Assembly (NCBI GenBank): GCA_963828125.1
Contig: CAWHDP010000001.1
Span: 64,001 to 128,000 of the forward strand
Origin: an uncultured Chlamydiae bacterium
Lineage (GTDB): Bacteria > Chlamydiota > Chlamydiia > Chlamydiales > SM23-39
Length of the DNA: 64,000 nt
Reading direction: 5' to 3'
Below are positions 36,925-46,870 of the stretch, in pieces. The position numbers and the translations under genes are program-made. Positions within the stretch are counted from its first letter, which is position 1. Every line of letters starts with the position of its first letter. A model generated the notes under the pieces. That model worked only from the letters and a program-made list of their open reading frames with translations. It did not search any database and was not told where the DNA came from.

Positions 36925-37844
36925 CGAATGTTCACGCTGATCTCCGCCGACATCCCGGGATACAAATAAAGGGGATATTTCGACGGCGGCACTTCCAAGA
37001 GGATTTTAACGGGAACTCTTTGAACGACTTTCGTGAAATTGCCGGTCGCATTGTCCGGAGGAATCAAAGAAAATTGGGAGGCTGCTGCAGCTCTGACGAC
37101 GTAGACCGTCCCAATGAATTTTTCATGCGGATAGGCGTCAATCCGGATGTCGACTTTGTCTCCTGGCCGGAGGTGGCCTACTTTGCCCTCCTCTAGATTA
37201 GCGGTGACCCAGATGTTCTTCACGTCGGTGAGGCCAAAGAGCGGCTGGCCGATTTGGGCCACATCGCCTGCTACAACCCAACGTTTAGAGATCGCTCCAT
37301 CTCGAGGCGCGAAAATTTTCGTATGGCGCAACAATTCGTCGATCACACCGAGTTTTGCAATCCCGTTGCCTAAATTGGCCTCTGCTACTTTGTAATTGGC
37401 CATAGCAAAAAGGTAATCTTTTTCAATTTTATCAAAATCGATATAGGAGATGATCTGATTTTCGAACTCTTGCCTTGCGACAATATAAATATCGCGCAGT
37501 TTTTCCATTTCGATTTTTTGTAGCGCAACGGTTTTTTGTAGGTAATCGACGTTTGTTTCAGCATCGGCTCTTTGCGAATTGAAGATGCTCTCGTCGAGCT
37601 GACAGAGCAATTGCCCCGCCTCAACGAGATCCCCTTCATCGACAAAAAGCTCGATAATGCGCGCTTCGATGTCGGCGCTGATTGAAATTTGATAGCCGTC
37701 GAGATAGGCGTCGTTCGTCCAAACAAATCTCTTTGAGTGGATAAACCAGATGATGCCAACGGCCAAAAGGAGGAGAACCCCCAGCCCAGCCAGGGGCGTC
37801 TTCCAAGAATTTTTTTTCTTGGGACTTATGGGGGATTCGTCCAT
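36921..37844 (-). CDS. HlyD/EmrA-family membrane fusion protein
   Basis: Motifs TNDAY and FSLIPPDNATGNFTKVVQRVPVK. Confidence 0.92.
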   Translation of the reverse strand: MDESPISPKKKNSWKTPLAGLGVLLLLAVGIIWFIHSKRFVWTNDAYLDGYQISISADIEARIIELFVDEGDLVEAGQLLCQLDESIFNSQRADAETNVDYLQKTVALQKIEMEKLRDIYIVARQEFENQIISYIDFDKIEKDYLFAMANYKVAEANLGNGIAKLGVIDELLRHTKIFAPRDGAISKRWVVAGDVAQIGQPLFGLTDVKNIWVTANLEEGKVGHLRPGDKVDIRIDAYPHEKFIGTVYVVRAAAASQFSLIPPDNATGNFTKVVQRVPVKILLEVPPSKYPLYLYPGMSAEISVNIR

Positions 37845-37857
37845 GTGTGTATCTGCC

Positions 37858-38241
37858 TTAGCTGATGAATCCAGCCCAAAGAAGATAGACGCCGACGATC
37901 AGCCATACCCATGACATCACGGTATAGCCAGATCCTGCCAAGATATCTTTCATCATTTTAGCCAATGATTCAGGCCAAAAAATTCTCATGATTCCTTGGA
38001 AAATCAGCACCCATCCGAAGAGAGTGACTACGACTGGCCAGGCTGGAACCCAAATATTATGGCTGACAACGATCAAAAGACCTAAAGCCAAAGCGATCAG
38101 ACCTGTAGCGGTCAATACGGCAGGGTGAGTTAACGTGTCATGTAGGGTTTTTTTAAAACGGGCGTGATGGATGATCATCGCCAAACCCAGTAAAGTCAGC
38201 CAAAGTCCAATGACCTGGGCATAAAAAATAGAATTACACAT
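37858..38241 (-). CDS. Four-TM hypothetical membrane protein
   Basis: Hydrophobic; HNIW...WPVVVTLFGW. Confidence 0.7.
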   Translation of the reverse strand: MCNSIFYAQVIGLWLTLLGLAMIIHHARFKKTLHDTLTHPAVLTATGLIALALGLLIVVSHNIWVPAWPVVVTLFGWVLIFQGIMRIFWPESLAKMMKDILAGSGYTVMSWVWLIVGVYLLWAGFIS

Positions 38242-38381
38242 AGAGATAGCTCCTGTTTAATGCCTCTAGAGCGAGTTTTTGCAATCCTCCCTCTATTCTC
38301 TTCTTTAGCAAAGTTGGAATTATTTGACCTCAAAAATTATTTTGTCGATCTTTGGAATTGTTGTGCTGTTAATTTTGTGTT

Positions 38382-38849
38382 TTGTTAAAGTATTGCAAAA
38401 ATAATGTATTTTTTCGGATTACTTTGAAAAATTTAATTGCACGTGTTTTGTTTGCGTTTTTTGCAGCAACGGGGGAGGGAGATGGGTGGTTTCCCGTCGA
38501 AAAAAAGCTCCAGGCTGAAGAGATGGAGTGGGAAGAAGATCCCTCGATTTGGGTCCTTTTTGTCAAAAAGTTTGGATCGGAAACAATCCAGGTTCGATTT
38601 CCAGCAGATCCGGTTTACTGGATCAATGAGGCGGGGGAGCTTGTGATTGAGGCGGCGAAAGATGGAGAGGTATTTCGGCTGACGGTTCAGGAAATAGGGG
38701 CTGAGGCGGCTCGTTTAGAGAGGGAGGGGAAATGGGTGCATGAATATCGAATCGAGCGCGCTGGGCATAGCTGCCTTTTCCAGACGCTCAGTCCATTGAA
38801 GATCAGCCCGAATCACGACATATTCATCTCTTCGCTGGTCATCGACTGA
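38382..38849 (+). CDS. Hypothetical protein (start uncertain)
   Basis: Open frame filling the intergenic gap. Confidence 0.45.
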   Translation: MLKYCKNNVFFRITLKNLIARVLFAFFAATGEGDGWFPVEKKLQAEEMEWEEDPSIWVLFVKKFGSETIQVRFPADPVYWINEAGELVIEAAKDGEVFRLTVQEIGAEAARLEREGKWVHEYRIERAGHSCLFQTLSPLKISPNHDIFISSLVID

Positions 38850-38853
38850 AGGA

Positions 38854-40410
38854 TCAATAGATTCCTTGCAGCCTTTGGATTAAGTGATCGCCGACACGCA
38901 AGGCGTTTGCGATCGCGGTCAAAGAGGGGTTGACGGCGCCGATACTGGGGAAAAAGCTGGTATCGACGACATAGAGGTTGTCGAGCTCATGGGCTTTGCA
39001 GTTTGTGTCGAGGACTGAGGTATTTGGGTCGTGGCCGAAGCGGCATGTGCCTGCCTGATGACCGACGCCTGCGATCGGGATGGAGGTTTTCAAGTAAGCT
39101 TTGTGTGGAATCAGACAATTCGAATACATCCCCAAATGGTTGAGCATCGATTTGAGTTTACCATATAATTTTTGGGCGGGGATCTGGTTATTCGGCGTAT
39201 AACTCAAAGTGAGTTTTCCTTCGCGATCGACAGTGATCCGGTTATTTGGATCGGGTAAATCTTCGGTTGACAGCCAAAAATCGACTGCGTGCCGCGCGAT
39301 GGCGTCAAGCATCCGATTGGGGGCGAGCGCTGTCAGCATCGGTTTTTCCCCTTTAAACATCTGCCCCATCGTTTTGCCGATCATCTGAATATTGCCCATT
39401 GGATACTTGAACTCTTCCATGCCGAAATAAAAATCGTTGAGGGCGATTGTTTTTTGGAACCGGGTTAAATTGGGTTCACGCGACAGAGCGAGGACGGCTT
39501 GGCTGTTATGGAACATATAATTGCGTCCTACCTGATCGGAGCGATTGGCCAAGCCGTTTGGGTGGCGCTCATTGGCCGATTGGAGGAGCAATTTGGCCGA
39601 ATTGGCGGCGCCGCAGGAGACGACGACGATAGCGCCTCTAAACGTTACTGGTTCTCCATCGATTTCAGCGATCACTTCAGTGACGGAAGCGCCATTGGCA
39701 TTTGTGTTCAGCCGTGTGACTTGGGCATTTCTGATCAAACGGACATTTGCAAATGTCAGCGCAGGGCGAACCCCCATCATTTCGGCATCTGATTTGGCTT
39801 GGACGAGGCAAGGGAAGCCATCGCAGGTATTGCATCTTACGCATTGGCTGAAGCCCCTCTCTTTTTCGTTCAACATGACGCCGCATGGAGCTGGGAAGGG
39901 GTGATAGCCTTCCTTTGTCAAATTGTCGTAGAGCTTTTGGATTCTCGGTTCGTGGGAGACGTGGGGGTATGGGTAAGGGGCGCTTGAGGGTGGCTCTGTT
40001 GGATCGGCGCCGCGGAGACCGTGAACCTGGTACATCTCTTCGGCTTCGGTGTAGTAGGGTTCGAACTCTTCGTAGCGGACCGGCCAAGCCGGAGAGATCC
40101 CATCGTAGTGAGAGAGTTCTTCAAAATCTTCTTTTCTTAATCGGTAAAGAGCTGCGCCGTACATTTTTGTAGCGCCGCCGACAAAGTAGTGGACTTGGGG
40201 TTGGAACGGCTTGCCATGGCTGTCATACCAAGTATCTGGAGAGATGTAGCGGTTTTCGACAAAAACGGAGCGGACGTCCCAGTTTTCTGCCTCGCGCGGC
40301 AAAAAATCTCCCCGTTCGAGAATCAAAATGTTTTTCCCGGAAGGGGCGAGGCGTCTGGCTAAAGTGCCGCCGCCTGCTCCTGAACCGATGATGATCACGT
40401 CGTAATGCAT
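38854..40410 (-). CDS. GMC family oxidoreductase (FAD)
   Basis: Motifs IIGSGAGG, VGGATKMYG, HQAGTCRFG and NPSLT. Confidence 0.93.
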   Translation of the reverse strand: MHYDVIIIGSGAGGGTLARRLAPSGKNILILERGDFLPREAENWDVRSVFVENRYISPDTWYDSHGKPFQPQVHYFVGGATKMYGAALYRLRKEDFEELSHYDGISPAWPVRYEEFEPYYTEAEEMYQVHGLRGADPTEPPSSAPYPYPHVSHEPRIQKLYDNLTKEGYHPFPAPCGVMLNEKERGFSQCVRCNTCDGFPCLVQAKSDAEMMGVRPALTFANVRLIRNAQVTRLNTNANGASVTEVIAEIDGEPVTFRGAIVVVSCGAANSAKLLLQSANERHPNGLANRSDQVGRNYMFHNSQAVLALSREPNLTRFQKTIALNDFYFGMEEFKYPMGNIQMIGKTMGQMFKGEKPMLTALAPNRMLDAIARHAVDFWLSTEDLPDPNNRITVDREGKLTLSYTPNNQIPAQKLYGKLKSMLNHLGMYSNCLIPHKAYLKTSIPIAGVGHQAGTCRFGHDPNTSVLDTNCKAHELDNLYVVDTSFFPSIGAVNPSLTAIANALRVGDHLIQRLQGIY

Positions 40411-40571
40411 ATTCTGCTTATGTGTAGACGAATCAAATATTTTTTTCTACTCTGAATGAGTCCGAGAGCATAGAGGGTGGCGATGCGCGCGCTCATTCTG
40501 CACCCACATCATAGGCGTAAATCGCGTGCGGTTTATCTTTTTCTGAGTGCTTGAATCTTCTATTGCATCTC

Positions 40572-41810
40572 TTATCTAAGCCGATGTACGAGTCCTTCTA
40601 AGAATTCCTGTCTTCCGGAGCAAGGTTTAGGATCGAGTTTATTTTTCTCGACATATTTCGCGACCTCCTCAAAACTCATCTCTCCCGCTAATATCTTCTT
40701 CCCGAATTTTCCCTGCCATCCTTTGTAGCGCTCTTTGACAAACGCCTCGAGCTGCTTGTTTCGGATGATCTCTTCTGCATGTAAAAGTCCCTTGGCAAGC
40801 GTATCGACGGCATTGATATGGCCTGAGAACAAATCCTGCAGATCGATGCTCTGCCTTCTTACTTTGGCGTCGATATTGAATCCCCCCGATCCAAAGCCTC
40901 CGTGCTGCAAAATCAGATACAGAGCGTGCGTGTACTCGGTTCCATGGATCGGGAATTCGTCGGTATCCCAACCCAGGAGAGGGTCTCCTTCGTTTGCGTC
41001 GATGCTCCCAAAGACCCCATGCGCCATTGCATAGACAATTTCATGGGCAAGGGTATGGCCTGCTAAAGTCGCATGGTTCGTCTCAATGTTGAATTTATAT
41101 TCTTTTTCGAGTCCATACTTCTGCAAGAAGGCGTACGCATTCGCGCAATCGTAATCATACATATGTTTCATCGGTTCGCACGGCTTCGGCTCGATCAGGA
41201 GAGTCCCTTTGAAGCCGATTTTATGCTTATAATCGACGAGCATCGACAAAAATCTCCCATATTGATCCAACTCCTGACCGATATTTGTATTCAAAATGGT
41301 CTCGTATCCCTCTCTGCCGCCCCAAAGGACATAGTTCTCTCCTTTGAGTTGATGCGTTACATCGATTGCCTCTTTGACTTGATGGACGGCCATTGCGAAC
41401 ACCTCTGGATCGGGATTGGTGGAAGCGCCTGCCAAGTAGCGGGGATGGCCTGTTAAATTGGCTGTGCCCCAGAGAAGTTGAATCCCGGTCTTCGCCATCT
41501 CTTTTTCGATCAAACGGGCCATTTTTTGCAAAGAGACGCCTGCCGGCGCTACATCGACGTCGTGAAATGTGAAATACTTCAATCCCATTTTTTCGATAAA
41601 TTCGAAACCCGCCTTAATTTTTTCTTCGGGTTTACCGAACCAAGGCCTCTCGAAAACGGGCCATCCGAACATGTCGTTGCCGGGCCAGCAAAAAGTATGC
41701 CAGAAGCAGACGGCGATTCGGAGCTGTTCTTCCATGGTTCTCCCATGGACGATCTTTTTCGGTTCGTAATATTTGTATTTGACTGGAGGGATATCAGAGA
41801 AGTACTTCAT
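40572..41810 (-). CDS. xylA: Xylose isomerase (class II)
   Basis: Motifs CFWHTF, FHDVD, WGGREGY, IEPKPCEP, NIETNH and GWDTD. Confidence 0.96.
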   Translation of the reverse strand: MKYFSDIPPVKYKYYEPKKIVHGRTMEEQLRIAVCFWHTFCWPGNDMFGWPVFERPWFGKPEEKIKAGFEFIEKMGLKYFTFHDVDVAPAGVSLQKMARLIEKEMAKTGIQLLWGTANLTGHPRYLAGASTNPDPEVFAMAVHQVKEAIDVTHQLKGENYVLWGGREGYETILNTNIGQELDQYGRFLSMLVDYKHKIGFKGTLLIEPKPCEPMKHMYDYDCANAYAFLQKYGLEKEYKFNIETNHATLAGHTLAHEIVYAMAHGVFGSIDANEGDPLLGWDTDEFPIHGTEYTHALYLILQHGGFGSGGFNIDAKVRRQSIDLQDLFSGHINAVDTLAKGLLHAEEIIRNKQLEAFVKERYKGWQGKFGKKILAGEMSFEEVAKYVEKNKLDPKPCSGRQEFLEGLVHRLR

Positions 41811-41811
41811 T

Positions 41812-43173
41812 TTATTTTCCTATTTTGCGCCACCGCTTGCCAGAGAAGAGATTTTCTTCGATCTCTTCTAGAGAGATCCCCTTCGTCTCAGGAACGAGGT
41901 AATGGATAAAGACAATCGATAAAATGCTAAAAATCATATACACGGAGAAAGTGCCGCTTGCCCCGAGCCACTGGACCAATTTTAAAAACGTCGCTGTGAC
42001 GAGGAGGTTGCTTGCCCAATTGACACACGTTGCGAGGCTTGCGCCTACGCCCCGTACTTTTAGCGGGTAGATTTCGGCGATCATGAGCCACATGATTGGG
42101 CCTAAGCTGAAGGCAAAGCACGCGATATACAGGAGCATGCTCACCAGCGCAAGCCAATGGAGGGAGGGGGCGATTTCCGTCGAGCCGCTGAAGAGCCATG
42201 CCAGACAGCCGAGCCCGATGGTCATGCCGATGAGGCCGGTAATGAGGAGGGGCCTTCGCCCAAGCCAGTCGATCATCGGGAGCGAAATGAGGGTGAAGAT
42301 GACGAAGATTCCGCCAATCCCCATGGTTGCGAGAATCGCGGTGGTGGAGCTGCCAAAACCGGCCATCTCCAAGATGCTAGGGGCGTAGTAGAGGATGGTG
42401 TTGATGCCAGTGACCTGTTGGATGAAGGCCAATGCGAAGCCGATCCAGAGGACCGGGCGGACCGATTTGGAGAAGACCGCCTTCCAATGAGACGATTCTT
42501 TTTTTACAGCGAGCTTAATCCCTTCGATTTCATGATCGATATCTGTCTTGGGGCCGCGGATTTTTTGCAAAATGCGACGCGCTTGAGCCTCGTGCCCTTG
42601 AGCGAGAACCCACCGGGGGCTGTCAGGAAGGTAGAACATGCCGATGAAGAGGAAGAGGCCTGGGACAAAGCCGAGTCCTAGCATCCAACGCCACGCTTCA
42701 TAGTAAGCGGAGGCATAGTCGACCATGTAAGAGAGGAGAATGCCGATGCTGATCGCAAGCTGATTCAGAGCGACGAGGGCGCCGCGGTGTTTTTGGGGCG
42801 AGATTTCGGAGATATAAAGCGGCGCAGTGTATGAGGCGATTCCGATCGCGATTCCCACCACGATGCGGCCTAGGATGAGTTCCAAAACGGACTGCGCAAT
42901 CGCAGTGGCAACCGAACCGAACATGAAGATGCAGGCGACGAAAAGGAGAAGTTTTTTTCTCCCGAAGTGATCGGTCAGCCTGCCGCTAAAGATCGCCCCT
43001 AAAAGGGCTCCGAGCAATACAGCGCCCATGACAATTCCATTCATCCCTGGGGTGAGAGGAAAATCTTTAGTGATAAACAAAATGGCTCCGGACATCACTC
43101 CAGTATCATAACCGAAGAGGATGCCGGACAGTGCGGCCACCAAGGCCATCAAGACATAGTAGTATTCTTTCAT
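41812..43173 (-). CDS. Sugar porter family MFS transporter (XylE/GalP-like)
   Basis: Motifs FGYDTG, DHFGRK, PDSPRW, QQVTGIN and PETKG. Confidence 0.93.
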   Translation of the reverse strand: MKEYYYVLMALVAALSGILFGYDTGVMSGAILFITKDFPLTPGMNGIVMGAVLLGALLGAIFSGRLTDHFGRKKLLLFVACIFMFGSVATAIAQSVLELILGRIVVGIAIGIASYTAPLYISEISPQKHRGALVALNQLAISIGILLSYMVDYASAYYEAWRWMLGLGFVPGLFLFIGMFYLPDSPRWVLAQGHEAQARRILQKIRGPKTDIDHEIEGIKLAVKKESSHWKAVFSKSVRPVLWIGFALAFIQQVTGINTILYYAPSILEMAGFGSSTTAILATMGIGGIFVIFTLISLPMIDWLGRRPLLITGLIGMTIGLGCLAWLFSGSTEIAPSLHWLALVSMLLYIACFAFSLGPIMWLMIAEIYPLKVRGVGASLATCVNWASNLLVTATFLKLVQWLGASGTFSVYMIFSILSIVFIHYLVPETKGISLEEIEENLFSGKRWRKIGK

Positions 43174-43426
43174 AGGAACAAACTAGCAGCTCTTCCCAAA
43201 TCATGCAAAAAATTTTATATTGGGGCGCCTCGCTCCAGGGAATTTTCCGATCATTGAGGGCAATATACCAAAGGGGCTGACAGGGGCTTTTCACTGGACA
43301 TGGGCCATTTCCCAGTCTGCTATTTTTTTTATAAACACTTGATATTAAGCATAATAAACAAATTTAAAATAAATGCTTAATGTTTATTTGTTGATTGTTA
43401 TTAAACAATTGTAATATAATTGCTTT

Positions 43427-43615
43427 ATGAAAATTAAACAATGCGAGTTAATAACAAAGTTTATAATAACGGCATATAGCCTGACTGCTATCATAGGCGG
43501 TACAGTATTAGGATTTTTAAGCCTAGGATTATCAGGTCTATTGGTTGGTTTTTCTGGGGGAATTTTGCTGAGTTATTGTTTGCACAGAAGCCTTCGATGG
43601 TTTCAGCGCTCATAA
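43427..43615 (+). CDS. Small two-TM hypothetical protein
   Basis: Hydrophobic ORF downstream of TTGATT-18-TATAAT. Confidence 0.4.
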   Translation: MKIKQCELITKFIITAYSLTAIIGGTVLGFLSLGLSGLLVGFSGGILLSYCLHRSLRWFQRS

Positions 43616-43639
43616 CATTAATATAAAATAAAATGAGTT

Positions 43640-44734
43640 ATGGCAACCAGTACAAAATTTACTAATGCAGAGATTCTTATTTATCGTTCATTACTCCAAA
43701 AAGATGGTTGTTATGGAACAGATCCCGGCCTTGTTGACGAAAATATTGTCCGTTTGACAAACGATTTTCATGTAGAGCCTGGAAGGATCAATGTAATTTC
43801 CGATTCACATTCTTTAGAACAGGAACTTAGATTGAGGCAAAAAAAGATCCTGATATTACCGGGAGGGTACACACCTTTTTTGGCGGAAGACCTCAAATGT
43901 ATATACCCTCTAATAGTGAATGCGGTGGAATCGGGTTTTTTAAATGTACTCGGGCAATGCGCCGGAGCGAACATCATGTGCGATCAATTTTCAAATCTAT
44001 CAAAAAACGGGATCAACAAGCATAATATTACTCAATTAAGCTTATTACCTTTGGTTGCCAATACAGCAGTGTACCCTATCGAAACGGATAAAATGTTAGG
44101 AGAACTCGCAAATCGAAAAATTGTATCCTTACAATCTAACGAGAACCAAAAATTTATGTCCCTTTGGCATAGAGGATCGCGTTTTGAGTACACACCAACA
44201 TCGAAAGCAAGAGATATGGTTCGGCTTATTCCAATGGCCTACTACAATTCACCAGTGGTTCGCGATCCAAAAGAACTGAAAGAAAAATGGATGGCTGCGG
44301 CTTACGGAATTTACCCATCAGGCGCCAAGGCTGTAGTTGTAGGGCCTCATATAGAGGTCGTTGAAGCTGAAGTCCCTCCTGCCCAAGTTGAAGCTTGCAA
44401 AAGCCTTCGAACAGACACTGGGCGACATAATCTCCTGAAAAATATTTTCGAGCTTTTAGGCGTCATCTCTCAACCGCCCCCCAGCAAAATCCATATTGAC
44501 GTGCATGGGATACAGCATAAGATTATATTCTCACAAAAAATAAATAAATCTACAATCTCAATTACCAGAAACAAACACAACATTCATGCACTCGCTCCAA
44601 ACACCACAAAAAGCATTATTCCAGCAATAGTACCAAGTCCGAATCGGAGGAATTATGGTTATTATGAACAAGGCCGTCAAACGATCTATAGGATAATCAA
44701 AAATGCCTCCAAAATATGCAAACTTAAATTTTAG
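43640..44734 (+). CDS. BPL_N / class I glutamine amidotransferase-like protein
   Basis: Motifs LILPGG, LGQCAGA and GPHIE. Confidence 0.6.
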   Translation: MATSTKFTNAEILIYRSLLQKDGCYGTDPGLVDENIVRLTNDFHVEPGRINVISDSHSLEQELRLRQKKILILPGGYTPFLAEDLKCIYPLIVNAVESGFLNVLGQCAGANIMCDQFSNLSKNGINKHNITQLSLLPLVANTAVYPIETDKMLGELANRKIVSLQSNENQKFMSLWHRGSRFEYTPTSKARDMVRLIPMAYYNSPVVRDPKELKEKWMAAAYGIYPSGAKAVVVGPHIEVVEAEVPPAQVEACKSLRTDTGRHNLLKNIFELLGVISQPPPSKIHIDVHGIQHKIIFSQKINKSTISITRNKHNIHALAPNTTKSIIPAIVPSPNRRNYGYYEQGRQTIYRIIKNASKICKLKF

Positions 44735-44813
44735 CGATTATACCGATTCTTGAGTCATCAATTTCTTTCCTAAAAAAGATCTCAACGGCTATCAATAGTT
44801 TCGAAGGAGATGT

Positions 44814-46100
44814 TTGGTGCGCACATCGAGAATCGATTTTTCAAAGAAAGAGGAAAGGACCGTTATTTTGGCGGTGACCCTTGGGAATTTGCTTGAGTGG
44901 TATGAAATCTATCTTTACGTCTATTGGGCGCCGATTATCTCGAAGTTATTTTTCAATTCTGGCTCCGAGTTTGCCAATCTGATTCATACATTTTGGATTT
45001 TTGGATTAGGTTTTTTAGCGCGACCCATCGGCGGCGTTTTTTTTGGGCAGCTAGGGGACAAAATCGGGAGGAAAAAGGTTTTGATTATTTCTATCCTTCT
45101 GATGACAGTTCCGACATTCGTAACTGGGCTTTTACCTACATATGCTCAAATTGGTGCATATGCTCCGTGGATACTAGGCATCATGAGATTTTTACAAAGT
45201 TTTCCTGCCGGAGCGGAGCTACCTGGGGCTTGTTGTTATTTATATGAAAGTTCTAGGTATGCTGAAAGAAAGTACATGACCAGTTGGGGGCCTATTGGAT
45301 ATCAATTGGGCATCTTGCTTAGTACCATTGAGTGTTATTTTCTCGAGAGGTTTATGTCTGTGGAACATTTGATCCTTTGGGGATGGCGCCTTTCATTCGG
45401 TTTGGGGGGAGTAATTGGCCTATTCAGCCTATTTTTACGTTCGAGATTGCACGAGACCCCCCTATTTCGGGAAATGTCCGAACACTCCAAAATTGTAAAG
45501 GAACCCATCCTGGAAATTTTCCATCAGAAGAGGGGGATTATTTTGGGATTTTTCTTTTCTCTGCTATGTTCTTCGGGCTTCTATTTATTTACTGCTAATT
45601 TCCAAATTTATTTTACAAATGTATTTCAAGTGAGCGCCGCGAATAATCTACTTATTCTTTCAGCTATATTGATTTTTATGACGTTTCCGCTCCCATTTTT
45701 TGGAAAAATGGCAAACAAGTACAACTACAAGCGGATGATTATTTACTCAACGATTGGGATGATTTTGTTGTTATACCCATTGTATTACGGGATTCGGACA
45801 AATAATTTAACAGCGACTATTTTTACCACAATTCTATTTTTTTTATTTTATTCATGCATGACGTCTTTGATTCCGTACATATCTTGCGATTTATTTCCGA
45901 CGAGTTGTCGGTTTACGTGCGTGGCTACAAGTTTTAACCTGGCGGATGCGATAGTTGGGGGGTTTACGCCGGTACTAGGGTTGTACATATTGAGGTATAG
46001 TGGAGATACGGGTTCATTTTGCTGGATTTTACTGATTTTTGCGCTTTTATCGTTAGGTTCCTTTCTGCTCATCAAAGAAAGGAATGCCAACGCCCAATAA
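44814..46100 (+). CDS. MHS family MFS transporter (ProP-like)
   Basis: Motifs GNLLEWYE, ARPIGG...GDKIGRK, GLLPTY and ETPLF; AAGGAG RBS before TTG. Confidence 0.9.
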   Translation: MVRTSRIDFSKKEERTVILAVTLGNLLEWYEIYLYVYWAPIISKLFFNSGSEFANLIHTFWIFGLGFLARPIGGVFFGQLGDKIGRKKVLIISILLMTVPTFVTGLLPTYAQIGAYAPWILGIMRFLQSFPAGAELPGACCYLYESSRYAERKYMTSWGPIGYQLGILLSTIECYFLERFMSVEHLILWGWRLSFGLGGVIGLFSLFLRSRLHETPLFREMSEHSKIVKEPILEIFHQKRGIILGFFFSLLCSSGFYLFTANFQIYFTNVFQVSAANNLLILSAILIFMTFPLPFFGKMANKYNYKRMIIYSTIGMILLLYPLYYGIRTNNLTATIFTTILFFLFYSCMTSLIPYISCDLFPTSCRFTCVATSFNLADAIVGGFTPVLGLYILRYSGDTGSFCWILLIFALLSLGSFLLIKERNANAQ

Positions 46101-46265
46101 CAGAATCTTTGTTTTGCAGGATGGGATGAGTGAGTGAGGGAGCGAGCAGAATTTTTTTCTCGTTAAAGTCTCTATGTGCAAACCATCAAGCTGAATTGCA
46201 AGCATTAAAAACAGGGGAGCAAACAGCCTTGCAACCTGCTGTTAACAATTAATCTAACGACAGAT

Positions 46266-46427
46266 CTAACCCGCATTTCTCACACATCCGCAGAAAATCT
46301 GCTCAATTTGACATCTATCCCGCCAAATGAGAATTTGTGCGAGCTTTTTTCACGGAAGACAAATCCTTTCTAAATTCCCAAGATATCGATTCGGTATGAG
46401 TATTCAGTGAGCGGTGGCCGCAGTATA
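46266..46427. repeat. Composite: element A left arm, ~108 bp unrelated DNA, element B right end
   Basis: ctaa-cccgcatttctcacacatccgcagaaaatctgctcaat ... ggtggccgcagta-ta. Confidence 0.75.
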
Positions 46428-46468
46428 TATTGGTTCCAAAAAAATGGATTTTGCCATGCAGCCTGTAA

Positions 46469-46870
46469 TTATGTAGGAAAATTAAGCACTCCTGCGATTT
46501 TGCATTTATCCTTCAACACAACTTCGGATTGATATTCCAAAGGAAAAAACTTAAAAGGCTCGCAATTCAATGCCCGAAATACTTCTTCAACACTGCTTCT
46601 ATTTAGCTCCGCAGCATGTATATTAAATTTCACATTGCCACAACAAAACAATGTGAAAGCATAGAAATCATTATTACCTACTAAATATCCATCAAAACAA
46701 TGATCGTTTGTTTTAAACTCAGCTTTTATAAAAAAAACATCGAAATTCTCTAAATTATCATCTTGAGTTATTAATGGAATTTTGTATTCTCTTGTATCAT
46801 CCCACACCCAAATGGGACATGCAGAGAAATCACTTGCTGTAAGAATTTGTCTTTTATCTAATTTTTCCAT
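46469..46870 (-). CDS. Putative immunity protein 1
   Basis: AT-rich, overlaps the toxin stop by 17 bp, and is homologous to 51212-51622. Confidence 0.75.
   Translation of the reverse strand: MEKLDKRQILTASDFSACPIWVWDDTREYKIPLITQDDNLENFDVFFIKAEFKTNDHCFDGYLVGNNDFYAFTLFCCGNVKFNIHAAELNRSSVEEVFRALNCEPFKFFPLEYQSEVVLKDKCKIAGVLNFPT

Noticed and set aside
40411..40571. Possible tRNA/ncRNA between GMC and xylA
   Set aside because: No cloverleaf, T-loop or recognisable motif. No tRNA or rRNA was recognised anywhere in the window.
57..43294. Numerous antisense and alternate-frame ORFs of 60-230 aa over core genes
   Set aside because: Shadow ORFs of motif-supported genes with no motifs of their own.
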